Made by a program: the position numbers and the translations under genes. Under the pieces are notes generated by a model. It saw only the letters and a list, made by a program, of their open reading frames with translations, ran no database searches and was not told the origin of the DNA. From an uncultured Christensenella sp. (GTDB taxonomy: Bacteria; Bacillota; Clostridia; Christensenellales; DTU072): a stretch of DNA of 24,545 bases. The stretch is taken from contig CAYIZR010000001.1 of assembly GCA_964367755.1 (NCBI GenBank), positions 1 to 24,545 on the forward strand. The letters are read 5' to 3'. Within the stretch, counting starts at the first letter, position 1. Every line of letters starts with the position of its first letter. Positions 1 through 11,700 of this stretch are shown here, one piece after another.

Positions 1-11
1 CTCTATATACT

Positions 12-40
12 ATAATATCACAATTATTATGGTTAATCAA
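12..40 (-). promoter_or_regulatory. Putative sigma-A promoter for a gene beyond the left edge of the window
   Basis: Minus strand reads TTGATT (40-35), a 17-nt spacer, then TG-n-TATTAT (17-12). It lies just downstream of the operon terminator. Confidence 0.45.
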
Positions 41-45
41 TTATT

Positions 46-84
46 AAAAAACAAAATAAATACCTATGCTAGCGGTATTTATTT
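46..84 (-). terminator. Rho-independent terminator ending the adhesin operon
   Basis: 11-bp perfect inverted repeat AAATAAATACC (54-64) / GGTATTTATTT (74-84) with a 9-nt loop, followed on the minus strand by TGTTTTTT. It starts about 30 nt after the last stop codon. Confidence 0.75.
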
Positions 85-115
85 CAAAAAATATCAAAAA
101 TTGACAAAATTATTC

Positions 116-994
116 CTAATCGTTTTCTATGGACAAGGTAATGGCAAAATTCTGCATTACGTATGGGTTGCTGTTTTTTAAGCTAACGTTAATGATTTGT
201 TCCATATACTCAACGTTAGCATTTGTATAGGCGTAAGGTGAAAAGTAAAGCACCAAATACAAAGTAAATATTTTGCCGCCATCCAAAATAATGGCTCCGT
301 CCTTATACATTACTCCTTCCTCAATAAGTATACTGCCGTCCTCAAGGGCAAGTTCTCCTTCCTTCCCTCTCTCCTTAGAAAGGGCAATAAAATCGGCTTG
401 AGGACTGTATTCTATATAATTTTCACTTTCCAAATCCGCGCTAGTTGCGTTGCCAATTGAAGTTATATATTGAGGAATATATCCAGTAGCAAAGCCTATT
501 CCAGAGGAATAATACATATCGTATTGCAAGGCGTTAGTAACAGGAGCCACAAATTTTTTGAAGTTTTGTTGATTCATAATAGCATAAGGGTCTATCAAAG
601 TATCGTTGTGATAATAATCTTCACAAAAAATATAGCTGTCGTCATAAACAAATCCGCTCATTGAGTTAGGATACTTTACCGCAACGCGGTCAATATATAT
701 TTTGTAGGATTTTTCCGAAGAAGTAGTATTATTTAGCATTATATTCCCATACAAATAATTTCCAGGCAATATGGTATCAAGGGGTATTGTTCCCGAAGGT
801 TGACCGCCACTAAGTACAATATCTAAAGTCCCTCTAGCGCTTCCTCCTGTAACTGCAATATTGACGTTGTCGGCGCGGTTTCTTTCGCTGATAGCAAACC
901 AACCAAGTACGCTCATAGGCACAAGCGCCAATGCTAGTATTATGGCAACAACAGATAACAGCAAACTTTTTCTTCTAAAAACTTTATTCATCAT
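116..994 (-). CDS. Secreted protein with SipW-cognate-class signal peptide (TasA/CalY-like minor fibre subunit), 292 aa
   Basis: The N-terminus is basic then hydrophobic and ends VLGWF, matching the (A/G)WF SipW-class pattern. It has ILPG...IMLNN near the start and NPYVMQNFAITL at the C-terminus, both reminiscent of camelysin/TasA-like proteins. GGGGAG RBS at 1002-1007. Overlaps the upstream gene by 11 nt. Confidence 0.72.
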   Translation of the reverse strand: MMNKVFRRKSLLLSVVAIILALALVPMSVLGWFAISERNRADNVNIAVTGGSARGTLDIVLSGGQPSGTIPLDTILPGNYLYGNIMLNNTTSSEKSYKIYIDRVAVKYPNSMSGFVYDDSYIFCEDYYHNDTLIDPYAIMNQQNFKKFVAPVTNALQYDMYYSSGIGFATGYIPQYITSIGNATSADLESENYIEYSPQADFIALSKERGKEGELALEDGSILIEEGVMYKDGAIILDGGKIFTLYLVLYFSPYAYTNANVEYMEQIINVSLKNSNPYVMQNFAITLSIEND

Positions 995-1964
995 TAAACT
1001 GCTCCCCGTAAATATACATTTTGTCTATAGTAAAATTAAGCTCAAGATTATCGCTATCGTCAGAAACAAGATAGGCTAATTCCTTTCTTGACATAACATC
1101 AATAAACTCTATATCGTCGGAAGTAAGAAGAGGATTTTCTAAAATGTAGTTTTGCCAATAAGCTGTATAGTTTTGATAAATTTCTTCATTTTGCATACAA
1201 GTAAGCTTAAAATCAATTTCTACAAGTTCACCCTTGTTGACTCTTACATTCTCCAAAAATTTTTGGCTTTCGCTCACTTCCCAAAGATAAAAACTATCTT
1301 TTTCATAACTATTTAATGCGCTTATTTGCCTGACGTCTCCGCCATATTCACCATATATACTGCTACCCGAAAGATTTTGGTAGCCGTAATCGATTCCGCC
1401 TTCGACTCCGTCGCCTACATAAGTTCTGATAGATATTTCTTCTATCTTAAACATTATTCTTGCGGTATAAGCTTTAAGCACCTCAACTAATTGCTCTTCA
1501 TTTAAGTTCTCTGATTCAAAGAAGTAGTCAGAAAGATTAGAGAAGCAAACTGATATTTTGGCATCCGAATCAGATGACTTTGGGTTCTCAATAATAAGTT
1601 TTAATAGAATACTGGTACCTGAAATATACTCCTCATAAGAAGCCCCATTAAGCCTATCGATTTGGTCATACATATAGGTAGCTATTTCTCCTCGAGGACT
1701 CTTTGGATATATAATTCCTGTAGTTGGATCGGTAAAAGTATTTCCGTAAACAACATCTCCTAAGGCGTTGTAAGCAATATCTAGTTTGCTATCACGATTG
1801 TTATCTATTCCGCGGAAAAATCCTACATTTAGGTTAAGTTCTCCACTATATTGCAAAAAACTATCAGAAGGCGAACCGCTCCCTACAAACCACGCGAAAA
1901 CAGCAGTTGTAAGCACTATTAGCGCAACAAGTATGGCAAATATCGATAAACCTATTTTTTTCAT
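984..1964 (-). CDS. Secreted protein with SipW-cognate-class signal peptide (putative minor fibre subunit), 326 aa
   Basis: Signal peptide MKK + hydrophobic stretch + TTAVFAWF. Strong GGAGG RBS at 1974-1978. The mature region is acidic and beta-rich. Confidence 0.78.
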   Translation of the reverse strand: MKKIGLSIFAILVALIVLTTAVFAWFVGSGSPSDSFLQYSGELNLNVGFFRGIDNNRDSKLDIAYNALGDVVYGNTFTDPTTGIIYPKSPRGEIATYMYDQIDRLNGASYEEYISGTSILLKLIIENPKSSDSDAKISVCFSNLSDYFFESENLNEEQLVEVLKAYTARIMFKIEEISIRTYVGDGVEGGIDYGYQNLSGSSIYGEYGGDVRQISALNSYEKDSFYLWEVSESQKFLENVRVNKGELVEIDFKLTCMQNEEIYQNYTAYWQNYILENPLLTSDDIEFIDVMSRKELAYLVSDDSDNLELNFTIDKMYIYGEQFNDE

Positions 1965-1965
1965 A

Positions 1966-4900
1966 CTAATTAGCCTCCCTAAAAATAAAGGTGAAAATAC
2001 TATAAACAGTAACTCCGCTGTCGGTTATACTCATTATTATTTTTACCTCGTCACCATCGGCAAAATTAACGCTACTAATATTTATTCTTTCATCATCTTG
2101 CGATACTTGCGTTAGCACATAAGAAACTGCCGCATTTTGCTTAATTGCATAATTTATATTTATATTGTAACTTAATTGTCCCTCTGTAGACATTATTTTT
2201 GCTTTACAAGGTAATGTTATTACGTCATATTGTGTCTTCATTACGCTGATTGCGTTTAGCGCGAGAATTAGCATCCTCTCGTCTTCTGTATACAAATTAC
2301 TGACATCTTGCACGCTAACTCCTGCCGAAACTAACTTTACGTAAACAGGTTTGTTTATTACTCCGCTTGTTCCATAATAAATCAAACTGTCTCCCACATT
2401 TTTGTTTCCCAACTCTAAGGCAGTGTTGTCAGCTAAATATACGCTAGTTAGCTTTGTACAATCGGTAAGTGGTAAAAACTCGGCAATAGCATTATTGGAA
2501 ATATCCACTGCCTGCAAATACGACATAGCGCTTATGCCCAAAATATCTATTAAGCATCTTTGCTCTCCGATTCTTTGCGCCGACAAATATAATTCTTCCA
2601 CGCTACGATACAAATAAGCCTCTCCGCTTAAATTAGTAACCGATGTAATTTCGTTGCCGTCCAAATATATCTTTTTTAGACGATTAAGGTGGTACAAATT
2701 AGGGTTACCTTCGGTTTCTGCCATAATCAACGCATCAGTTATTCCACAATTTTTTAGACTAAGCGACTCTATATTTTGCGAACTGAAGTTTGCAAAAGGA
2801 GCGAGAGAAACTAATTTTACTCCGTCAAAACTCATTGACCTGGTGTTTATTAGCTTTTCTATTCCTTCCAAGTTTATATTTTGGTTAACTTCCAAATCTA
2901 TATAACTAAGCGAACAGTCAAAACTTTCTGTTTGGGCATGCGCTCCATCTACAAGCAAATACTTATCGTCATAGTTTTCATATACTTCAAGCATTCTGTT
3001 ATATATTGCAAGGGAAGCAACATCCCTTCCGTATTTATAAATGCCAGGGATAACAAAGCTATAATATTGTTCACTTATAGTGGTATCAACCCCTATATAA
3101 AACCTGACAAAAAGACTAACAACGGTGTTTTTTGAGGGAATATTATCAGGGTCTATGCCTATTTGATAGTAACCGGAAGCATTTCTTACTAGCTGGCAAA
3201 ATACCTCTTCCCCAGCTATTACATCTAATGGATTTTCTATGCTCATCTCCAAAAATACTCCGTCCTCAAATGGAGCAAACGGGTATGCGGTGCCGATTTC
3301 TTCCCCATTGTTTATTGTACTGTCAATCAACATACCTCTATCTAAAGTATTAAAATAAGAAGCGAAGGTATCCCCTCTGGTGTATTCTATATAGTCCGAC
3401 TCCCCAAGTCCTCCGGCAGGTATGATTATCTGTCTGACTGCGCTATAATATTGCTCAGAAGCCACTTCGGTATCAAACTCGATATTGGCGCATAATATAA
3501 GGCGATAATTACTTTCTATTTTTATTTTATTAGCAGTAATTGTGCCGTCGCTTATATTAAAAGAAGAGGTTTTTTCGGCAGTACTTAAGTCACTTAGCAT
3601 TGTCGATAAGTCGATTTCTTTGGCAATGAAACTATCATAAACGCTACCACTTACCATAAAAATTCGATAATCCAAATCTATGCTACCTAAATCATGTTCT
3701 ATTACTTTGTTATCATTTATAATAGTTCCCTTATAGAAGCCTTGAGCAATAACTAATTGCAATATTTCCAAAACCGAACTATTTTCGGTAATATAAAGAG
3801 TCTCCAAAAACCTTTCAAAATAGGCGGTTTTTTCGGTAAAAGTCATACCTTGAACATTTAGACCTATCATATAGCTTCCGAGATATATACCGCTATCATA
3901 GTTGTATTTTATTGTTAGTTCAACTTCTTTTTCTTGAATAACAATACTATCTTTGTTTAGATAAATTGTAATAATGTTTTCTTTATTATAAGAACCAATA
4001 ACCACTCCGCCTTGATACAAAACAATGCTATTGGTATTATAAATATACTCGATTTGGTCTCCCAATTTCGTATATAAAGTTTCCCCTACCTTATAATTCA
4101 CAACAAAATGCAAACCAACTTGAGAGCTTATGGAAAACTGCGTTGTTATGCCTAAGTCGTAGGTTAGCTTGTCAATAAGCTTATTGGTTTCTACCTTTTT
4201 ATTTAAGTAATACTTACCGCTGTCTTGATTGCAACTAGCTTTAATGTGGTTACTAAGCATATCCGAAATAGCTTTTATCTTTGCTTGCTCGCTACTTCCT
4301 ATTACCGTGATAGTTTTTGTATCTTCAGTTAGCTTATTATTGTTATAATAGACTTCTATTCCCACTGCGGCTTCTAATGTGTCTTCCCCTCTATTTATTA
4401 TGCCATAGGAATTAAAAGCTTCGCTGACGATATTATATTTATAACTAATACCGTAGTTGTGATAGCTGTTAATTAATACAATATCGCTATAAACATACTC
4501 TGGCAAACGGCTCTTGGCAAAGCTTAAAGCATCTAAAATAAGCTCTTGCAACAAACTTTGGTTTTCTTCTTTAGAAAACTCAATATTTTCACTATATTTT
4601 GCAAAATTGTCATTATTTAGCAAAGCCCCTTCAATTCCGCCCTTTATCGCTGCAGTTGTATAATAGGCGCTTGGTGTCTTAATATATAAATAATTATTTG
4701 CATTATTTATTATTCCGCCATCTGGGATTGTTACAAATGAAAAATTACCTCCGTAAGGGTGCGAGATTGTAAAGTCACTATTAAGATTCAAATCAGCGTA
4801 AAGCAAGTTTATACTGCAAGGAATATTCAAAGTAAACAATTCTTCTATAGTAATGTCACTTACGAAATAAATATTTTTGTAACTTTGATAAGAACTGTAT

Positions 4901-5745
4901 GGCAAAGTTTGCATAAAAAATTCGTCATCATCAAGCATTAGCCTTAAGCCGCAAGCATCGTTATAGTAATAATCGCCTACAGCATAAAACTCGATAAAAT
5001 TTCCTCCCGCTATCGTTAATCCCGAATTAAAGGTTATTTTATCAAAGCTAAAAGAGATTGTCGATAAGTCTTGACTAATATTGCCGTTTAAGTTGACTTG
5101 AGTTGTTCCGTCCTTGTACTTAACTTGTCCGATATTATAAATAATAATGTTATTATTATCAATTGCGTACAAGCCGCTCCCTACCGTAGCCCAATCGGAA
5201 AATGGCGTTGTATAAAAAATATTATGAAGATTATCATCGTTTAGCATTTCCAAAGAAAACATTTCATCAATAAAAACGTTTTTTTCATCCGATGTAATAA
5301 CTACCGCCTTAATCATTCCGCTACTAGCATTATTTAGAGCAAAACTTAATTCCATCAATCCATTAACACCAATAAATTCTATATCACGGAAAAGGAAAAT
5401 ATCCTCCTCTTCATTTTGAATAAGGTGATTTTGATAAATAGAGTTTATTTCGGTATTTTTTGGCAAATATATTAACAAATCAAACTTGTCATTAACTATT
5501 TTTTCATTAACAATATGCTGAGAAACAACTAGATTAAACTGGGTTTGGCCTTGCAAAACCTCTTCGCTATGATAATAGTCCTCACCAATGCTAAAGTAGT
5601 TGGTGGCAGAAGTAGCTGTGTAGTTTTCCTCGATAAAAAAGCCTATATCAGCAAAGACATAAGAAGTCAGCGTTAAAGCAACTAGCAACAACGCAAGCAG
5701 TAGGCTTATTATTAAGTATTTTTTGTTACACATTTTTTTTATCAT
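1966..5745 (-). CDS. Large secreted protein with C-terminal internalin-type leucine-rich repeats, 1259 aa; paralogue of the N-terminal third of the giant protein
   Basis: Signal peptide ends LTSYVFA. LRR motifs include INLEGIEKLINTRSMSF, LESLSL-like IESLSLKNCGIT, LKKIYLDGNEITSV and LQAVDISNNAIAEFLPL. TAAGGA RBS at 5751-5756. The start codon is 1 nt after the upstream stop. Confidence 0.8.
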   Translation of the reverse strand: MIKKMCNKKYLIISLLLALLLVALTLTSYVFADIGFFIEENYTATSATNYFSIGEDYYHSEEVLQGQTQFNLVVSQHIVNEKIVNDKFDLLIYLPKNTEINSIYQNHLIQNEEEDIFLFRDIEFIGVNGLMELSFALNNASSGMIKAVVITSDEKNVFIDEMFSLEMLNDDNLHNIFYTTPFSDWATVGSGLYAIDNNNIIIYNIGQVKYKDGTTQVNLNGNISQDLSTISFSFDKITFNSGLTIAGGNFIEFYAVGDYYYNDACGLRLMLDDDEFFMQTLPYSSYQSYKNIYFVSDITIEELFTLNIPCSINLLYADLNLNSDFTISHPYGGNFSFVTIPDGGIINNANNYLYIKTPSAYYTTAAIKGGIEGALLNNDNFAKYSENIEFSKEENQSLLQELILDALSFAKSRLPEYVYSDIVLINSYHNYGISYKYNIVSEAFNSYGIINRGEDTLEAAVGIEVYYNNNKLTEDTKTITVIGSSEQAKIKAISDMLSNHIKASCNQDSGKYYLNKKVETNKLIDKLTYDLGITTQFSISSQVGLHFVVNYKVGETLYTKLGDQIEYIYNTNSIVLYQGGVVIGSYNKENIITIYLNKDSIVIQEKEVELTIKYNYDSGIYLGSYMIGLNVQGMTFTEKTAYFERFLETLYITENSSVLEILQLVIAQGFYKGTIINDNKVIEHDLGSIDLDYRIFMVSGSVYDSFIAKEIDLSTMLSDLSTAEKTSSFNISDGTITANKIKIESNYRLILCANIEFDTEVASEQYYSAVRQIIIPAGGLGESDYIEYTRGDTFASYFNTLDRGMLIDSTINNGEEIGTAYPFAPFEDGVFLEMSIENPLDVIAGEEVFCQLVRNASGYYQIGIDPDNIPSKNTVVSLFVRFYIGVDTTISEQYYSFVIPGIYKYGRDVASLAIYNRMLEVYENYDDKYLLVDGAHAQTESFDCSLSYIDLEVNQNINLEGIEKLINTRSMSFDGVKLVSLAPFANFSSQNIESLSLKNCGITDALIMAETEGNPNLYHLNRLKKIYLDGNEITSVTNLSGEAYLYRSVEELYLSAQRIGEQRCLIDILGISAMSYLQAVDISNNAIAEFLPLTDCTKLTSVYLADNTALELGNKNVGDSLIYYGTSGVINKPVYVKLVSAGVSVQDVSNLYTEDERMLILALNAISVMKTQYDVITLPCKAKIMSTEGQLSYNININYAIKQNAAVSYVLTQVSQDDERINISSVNFADGDEVKIIMSITDSGVTVYSIFTFIFREAN

Positions 5746-5746
5746 A

Positions 5747-8700
5747 TCAATCCTTAATTGTCAGTATCCTTTCAAAGTAATACTCCCCTGATTTTATTCT
5801 TGCACAAAGTAATTCTCCTTGTAATTTTTTTTCAATTGTAGACAGTGACAATGTTCTTTCAAACCTGCCTCTACCCTCTATAAGTATATCCAAAAACTCT
5901 TGCGAAGCAATAAGCAGAGCGTAATAACTGTCACTAATTACCGTGTTTTCTGCAATTACTATGCTATCTATTGGAGAAACAAAACTCTCCCCAAAATAAG
6001 TTAGTTCTCCCACGCTTACATGGCTTGATAGAGTTTGCCAAATAATAGGATAATAATCTCCTCCCATATTTATATATGTCATTAGTTTTGCTGTTTTCTT
6101 GCCGTCAATAGCTTGCACTGCTTGATTTATATATAGCGTGTAATTATCAATGTAAGAAAAATCACTAGTAGATGAGTCTATTTTTGATAAGATATTAGTT
6201 GCCTTATTCTCTTGAGAATCTCCTCTTATCTGCGTTATGTTGTTGTAAGTTATTACTGCGGTGGGATTGTTTGTCGCAAAATAATTAACAACATAACGGA
6301 AAGACATAGTTTTGTTATAATCATCTATCGTCCCGCCACCTATTTTAATTGTGGTAAGCTGTTGACCAAACCCAAGCAAGAAAGACATATCTTCAATGTT
6401 GGATACTCCGTCAGAAACATACTCAAAGGTAGTTAAGCTATCTTTAGAATTATATAACGGAGAAAAGTCACTAACTTTGAAGTTGCTTGCGCTTCTTCTG
6501 GAAAAATACCTAAAAGTAGTAAGACTTAACTGTCTTATCGGCTCTAAGGAAACAATTGCGCCAGTATTTATGGCCAGGTAATTTATAGAGGTAAATATTT
6601 CTATTCCCGTTAGGCTTGCTATACCCTCATTGGAAATGTCCATTGATGTTACGTTTGCTCTCTTATTTAGGTCAATATAATACTTTCCTACGTCATTTTC
6701 GGTCATATTTAAGGCACTGTAATTTCCTAAAGTTACAGTAGAAAGAGCTTCCGATTTGTTATTAAAAATCCAATAAAGGAAGCGTCCGGAATCAAAAACG
6801 TTGCTAGCATCTATTAGGTAAGTTCCACCCTCTCCGTCTGATACTTCCAAATAATACGGCGCTATATTCTCATTTGATTGAGCATAACTAATTTCGCTTA
6901 GCACTATCTCAATATCCTTTTTTGTGTCAAAACTAGATTGTATTAAAGTTTCGCTAGTAATAACATTTACTACCGAATAACTCAAACTAATCAAGGTATC
7001 AAGCTCGCCCCCAAATTCTAGGTAATTATAACGATCTATACTCAAAATATAACCGTTTTCCTCTTCGCTTAGATAATCGCCATTGCCCTCAAGAAGTCCC
7101 CAAATAAACTGATATTTTTGCCCTGCGAAATAAAAATACTTGGGCAAATAAATCTCCACACCCGACTCTTCAATGCCGTATTGATAAAGTTTATCAGGCA
7201 ATATTTCTCTTCCCATAACCGTTGCCATCAAAGCAAGACTTTTTACATAACTGTTTAGTGAAGATATATTGATAAAGGAAGCAACACTGTTACTTTCGAA
7301 AGAAGAATAGTTCTTAATATTTGCATCAGTTATATATTTTTCGTAGGCGGCTACAAGATTATAGTCGCGATACCATTTTTTTCTATTTAGGTTATTAAGC
7401 CCTATCTTTGCTATGTCCAAAGATTCAAAGCTATTTAACTTTCTGGCAAACGAACCTACTTCTTGTGGAGTTAGATTAAACAAATAATTATCGCCATTTA
7501 GGTGGCGCAAAAGGTTTTGATATCCAGTACTGCCGCCGTAAACGTCAAAATTAAGTTGATTATCTATATAAAGATATTGCAAATAACTAAGCTCACTCAA
7601 AATTAGCTCAGCTAAAGTGGTATTAACAGTGCTAACACCGTCAAAGTAGCTTATTTGACCTAAAAAGTTTATTCCCTCGTTTTCGTTAAGGTTTAGAGTG
7701 CTTAAGTTTTGGGCATACCGCAAAGCAGAAAGTCCTTGTTCTCTTATACTGGTTTTTCCTACATACAATACATTTAGCGAGGTAAACGGCCCCGAAAAAA
7801 GGTCTGTTAAATATGCTTGATTTTCTATCTTAATATTATTTGTATTAACAAACAACTCCATTCCCTTTAGACTTCTCATTCCTATTTCGCTAGTAATACT
7901 TAAAAGTCCCGGTGAACTATATGTATAATATGTACCTCTGTTAGTGACTCTCCTCATAATATAAGCCCATAAAGCGGGGTCAAAATCACTTTGCGTTCTT
8001 TCCTCTCCATCCAAATAAAAAGGTAATACTGTAGGATTGCTTCCCGATATATCAATAAGGTTTATTTGATAATTTGCAGCATATGCGGTACCAACTTTTT
8101 TTATTAACAAGTCGGTAGTTGTCTGGGCTATTTTGTAGTACATTGATGCCAGCGGTGTGCCGTCGGAATTTATAAGACTGGAAGAATTCTGCAATTTTAA
8201 GGTGTAACTGTTACCGTTTATACTCCGATTTAAGCTAAAGTTTTTGCCTAGTTGGAAACCTGTAGAGGTATAATCTGCCATACCTACGCCACTAGGGTCG
8301 GTATCAGCTGCTATGTCTGCAAAAAATGCGTTAACGTCACTTTGTGTTACTACTGTCGTCGCTCCATTTACGTTAAGAGAAAGGCTTCCACTAGTATAAT
8401 TGGCAATTATGCCGGCTTCAATGAGCGTGTCCTTATCGGAAACACATCTTGTATAGTCTACGCTTAATATTGTCAGCGCTGCTTCGCCTGATATTTCAAT
8501 AGCTGCTCTTAACGAGCTTAAGTCGGCGGCGGAAATTTGATAATTACCTAATAAAGTGATATTTGTTATTGTTTTTACACTATTTGCAAACACCGAAACT
8601 CCGTTAAAGATGGTCGTCTGTAACAGATTTCTGGTAAAGTTAATCAAAACAAGTTTGGACATATTTTGCAACACAGAAATATCGTTTACTAAATTTTCAC

Positions 8701-11700
8701 TTAAGTTTAGGGTCATAATCCCACAAGTATTGGTAGTTGAGGCTATAGTTGAAGAAGTAAGTCTTATCCTTCTGTTTTCCCAGCCAACCAAACCTTCCAA
8801 TGAGCTTATATCGGCAACCGAATTATTCCTAATCTCAAAATTGTTCATATTCTTTAGAAGCTCTAAACCTTTAAGCGAAGATAAATAAAGAATGGTATAA
8901 TTTCCGCCAATTACCGAAAAGGACAAGGCTCTATCGCTAGCTATGGGAGTATCGCCAGAGGCATTATGCCACCACGCTTTAACAGTCGTTGTAGTAAATA
9001 TTATTCTGTATATCCTATAACCACCGGCAAGCACAGTTGTACCGCCGGAAACAGCATTATAAAAAATTGTACCTAGTCGCGCATAAGTACCGTTTGTGTT
9101 ATGGTTTTGAATGGCAAAAAGCATAAACATTTGCACTCTCAAATTCGGGTCCTCAAAAGCGGCGTAGGACAAATAACTTGTAGTTACTCCGCCCTCGATA
9201 ACATTATAAAAATATTGACTGGGAACAGTTGCCACGCTATCTATTATGTCACTACCTACCCTATAGTTTATGGTAGCCTGATAGGCTGTTTGGTCGGTAC
9301 CCAAAATCAAAATAGGATAAGCAAAGGTATATATGTTTGTTAGCCCCTCAAAAGAAACATAGTTACCGTTATTGTCTAAATATCCCTCTCCTATACTGCC
9401 TTGGAAAATAAAATATGTGTCATAACTAAGGGCATTTACCGTTATCTGCCTATCTACATAATTAGTCATAGACGGCAAATTGCAGTATGGCACATTAGTA
9501 AAATAACTCTCACTCATATAACCGCTAGATACTGGAGTAACATTAAATACGCTATTTAGCAAAGCAGTATCTATGCCCAATACTTTCCACTTTATTACAA
9601 ACTTTCTTTCTTCTGCCTCTATATTTTGATAACTTGCTCCAAAATAAGAACTGTACGTGGTGGACGGCAAATAAAGCACTTGCGCGTTTTGTAAACTTTG
9701 ATTTTCGGTATATTCGTGTTTAACTCCGTTTAGTTTTACGTTTAAGCTTTTGATTCCCGCTGCAAATTCTTTATACTCTTTAACAACATCATAGTCAAGT
9801 GAAGTAACGCCGCTTACCGCATCAGCCCAACCTGTACCCGTGTATTGATATAAATAATCGGTTGCATCGTCGGTTCTTCCTATGCGGAAATCTTTGTTAA
9901 TAGCTCCACTATTCTGATAAATACCTCTAACAAACTGTTCGGTAGTATAATAGTTGTTATTTTTGTTGGTAAAAGAGTTGCTTGTGCCATAAATATAAAA
10001 CTTTTCTATATCAATATTTTCCAAACCATATAGCCCTTGCCAATCATAAACATTTGTGTCGACTACTACAAACTCTTTCAAATTAGTAAAGTGCGCTAGG
10101 TTGTAATAAGTTAGCCCCTCTTCTTTTTGATAAAAGATAGCATAACGGTTGTTTTCCGTTCCGCCACCTGCGCTTCCCGAAGATAAGCCTAGTCTTAGTG
10201 ATGTAAGGTTACTTAAATCGGTTTTTATCTGGGAAAAATCCACACCGGAATAGCTAATTATTAGCTGTGTCAAATTAGTCAAATATTCGCCATCACCTAA
10301 GTTACAATCTCTACTTATTTTTAATGAAGAAACTGAAGTATATTGCAAGCCTTGTATTGCGCTACTGCCATCAAAGTCAAAGTATGTGCCGTCAATAGTG
10401 AGAGTGCCTGTAATACTTAGCGCCATAATAGTCGCCATGGTTATGTAATAATAACCCTCACTAAAGTAATAACCGCTAGCTATATTTTCTATACTGGTTT
10501 CTGAAGAAGCGCTTCCAAACAAAGTTGTTAGCCTCGTCATTACACTATTACGCAAATCTCTCCCAGGGAAAATTGTATTAAGAGTAACTAGCCCCTGCGA
10601 CAAAGGATAATCAATAACTTTTATTTTGTTGTTAAAATCGATTACTAGCTCTATATAATGCTCAGCAAAAATATCACTCCTGTTGTCATTACCCCACAAA
10701 ATTATTTTGTCGTAAACAACATCGTTATAGCCAAGCAGCCTTGTGTATTTGACACCGTTTGCTGTATGATTAAATACAGAGCTGTTACTTCCAATAAACG
10801 TTGAAGATAAAGTATCTATGGTAAATACTACATCTTTTACTTGATAAAAGTTTACCAAGTAAGAGCTGCCGCTTTCATAATAACTAACCTCTTTATTTAG
10901 GTCAATAAAAGCGTAAGATGATGGCAAACTTTGAGTAAACTTCTTAATAGGAACGATATATGGATCCCACACTAAAGTGTCCGAATCCTTATAAATAGAA
11001 ACTGACGGATTGGCAAGATATACCTGATAAAGGGTACTTAGCACCTCATCGGTATTTAGATTGTAACAACCATAAACATACAAACTGGTAAGGTTAGTCA
11101 GCCCCTGCACTATAGGAACTTGTCCTTCCTCGCGAAACTCAGATATTTGCGAAAAATCGTAAGCTTGACCGTTTAATTTTATAATCTGAACGTTCTCTAA
11201 ATATCTAAGCTCGCTTATATCGGCATTTCCTAGAGTATTTCCACGCAAATCCAAAGCAAAATGAATTACGTTTTTGAAATAGGATAGTCCCTCAAGGCTT
11301 TTTATATTGGCATTGCAAAGAGCGTCGGAATGGTCGTTAATATCGGGGGTGTTAAGTTCTTCATGGGAGATAGTTTTGCTTTCAAGGTAAGTTGTATAAC
11401 CCCCAAGTAGATTGCCTTCGGCATCCCTTGCTAGTACATAACCGCTATTATCGGTGTTGGATATGGATATCAAAAAGTTAAGTAAAGTTGTATCCTTAAC
11501 CAAATCCTTTGCTATTTGAAATTGTCCTGGAGCGGTCTCTATATAAACCACATCGGACTGTTGTTGGGATTGTAGCAAGTTTATACTAAACTTTCTAGTA
11601 ACCGCCACCGCCAAAGAAGAACCAACCTCGGTAACACTAACCGTTATGGGCATAATTCTATCGACAATGGGAGAAACAACGTCGTATCCTACGGTTTTGC

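Noticed and set aside
101..130. Plus-strand TTGACA at 101-106 as an antisense promoter
   Set aside because: There is no acceptable -10 hexamer at 16-18 nt spacing.
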